From: Vezdaea acicularis
Taxonomy: Eukaryota
Length of the DNA: 64,000 bases
Reading direction: 5' to 3'
NCBI GenBank assembly: GCA_026025075.1
Contig: JAPEUI010000019.1
Location: 62,001 to 126,000, forward strand
In this document: piece after piece, positions 63,101-64,000 of the stretch
Numbering within the stretch: position 1 is the stretch's first letter
Layout of the letters: each line of letters starts with the position of its first letter
The notes under the pieces: generated by a model
Told to the model about the DNA's origin: nothing
Seen by the model: the letters and a program-made list of their open reading frames with translations, nothing else
Databases searched by the model: none
Made by a program: the position numbers and the translations under genes

Positions 63101-64000
63101 TCTCCAAGAAGATATACGCAATCTTCCTGCCGAACCATCCATAGTGGGGCCTCGGCCCCAGCAATCCACCCTTGCCGATCTCCATCTTTTATTTTCAAAG
63201 ATCTTTGGCCTAGACACCATTGCCGCCCATGATAGAATCCGATATGAAGGCTCTTATATTTCGTCTGATTCTGAGAAAATATTACGCATCCTCCATAGGC
63301 TAGAAAAGGGCTGGGAACATTACAATGATCTGAAAACACCAATAGACAGAACACTAAAGCTACTGTGGATGGGACTTCGGCTCATTCAACCTAAGCAGCC
63401 TGATCACCTGCCAGTAGTGCCTTTGCTTGGAGGCACACCTGATTCCATCTTCACGCCTGGGCAGTCACCATGGCATTACCTTCGAATGATTAATTTTGGC
63501 TTCGGTCATCCCCGGCAAGCGCTTGAGATATTCCATACTCTATATGAAGAGTGGAAAGCCCAATTATCGAAGGAGCAAGTGGAAAGCATTGCCGCTACTG
63601 GGTTATATCGGTACCGCGGCGCAGAATCAGATGAGCTACTCGACCAGGAAACAGAACTTAGAGAGATATTTCCGATAGGCGAGAGTACTACCCCCCCCCA
63701 AACTTCCCACTCCCCAAGCTATTCGCCGAGGGACCTAGCGATAAAGGTAGCCAAACATCACGCTCAAATATTTGGGTCACCGAAACGTATGGGAATAAAA
63801 GATGTCATCTTGGATACAGTAGATGAATTGATCAAGAAGTCTGTGCAAAATGAAGTACAAGCCGCTGGCGAAAGACTGATCCCTGCGTTGCTCTTTTCGC
63901 TCGAGCGGAGTAACGACTACTTTAACTTTTTTCAAAAGGATCCGAAAACGTACAACTTCTATCTTGACACCAACCTAGGGGAGTCTCGTAAAGTTGTTAG
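54164..64000 (+). CDS. MDN1: Midasin (Rea1) AAA+ ATPase for 60S biogenesis, 3'-partial
   Basis: Six Walker A motifs (GKPGSGKT, GETGTGKT, GPTSSGKT, GETGCGKT, GSPGVGKT, GPSGSGKT) in a 2443-aa ORF. Further exons follow introns from about 61472, and the gene runs off the window end. Confidence 0.97.

Noticed and set aside
1..64000. Transposons, CRISPR arrays and secondary-metabolite clusters
   Set aside because: No transposase or reverse transcriptase motifs, terminal repeats, spaced repeats or PKS/NRPS domains were seen.

Overview
Eukaryotic DNA from a filamentous ascomycete (Pezizomycotina-type gene structure: short introns with GTRAGT donors, CTRAC branch points and YAG acceptors). The window is gene-dense, with about 31 protein-coding genes plus one intron-containing tRNA-Val(CAC), mostly housekeeping genes arranged as alternating divergent and convergent pairs. 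In order: 3' part of an RNA-dependent RNA polymerase, tRNA-Val, coronin, MRH4 helicase, BUD4, ESS1, RPB9, MRPL38, SET9, a BTB protein, an F-box-like hypothetical, D-amino-acid oxidase, a gene-poor gap with a small Cys-rich ORF, STE14, a sugar O-acetyltransferase, a MAPEG GST, an MBOAT DGAT1, PFS2, an epoxide hydrolase, a PARN/CAF1 nuclease, PEX26, RDS3, pinin, an NSRP1-like protein, an NFKBIL1-like protein, a GT31, a secreted protein, a ZIP zinc transporter, NUC1, TIM13 and the 5' part of midasin. I saw no intact transposon, CRISPR array or biosynthetic cluster. The most interesting signal is splicing-level: RPB9 intron 2 reads in frame as an alternative Cys-motif plus acidic C-terminus that would replace the canonical zinc ribbon. 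Further candidates are stop-free in-frame introns in BUD4, a possible poison 3' splice site in PFS2 and three GC-AG introns. Gene identities come from recognising motifs by eye, not from database searches.
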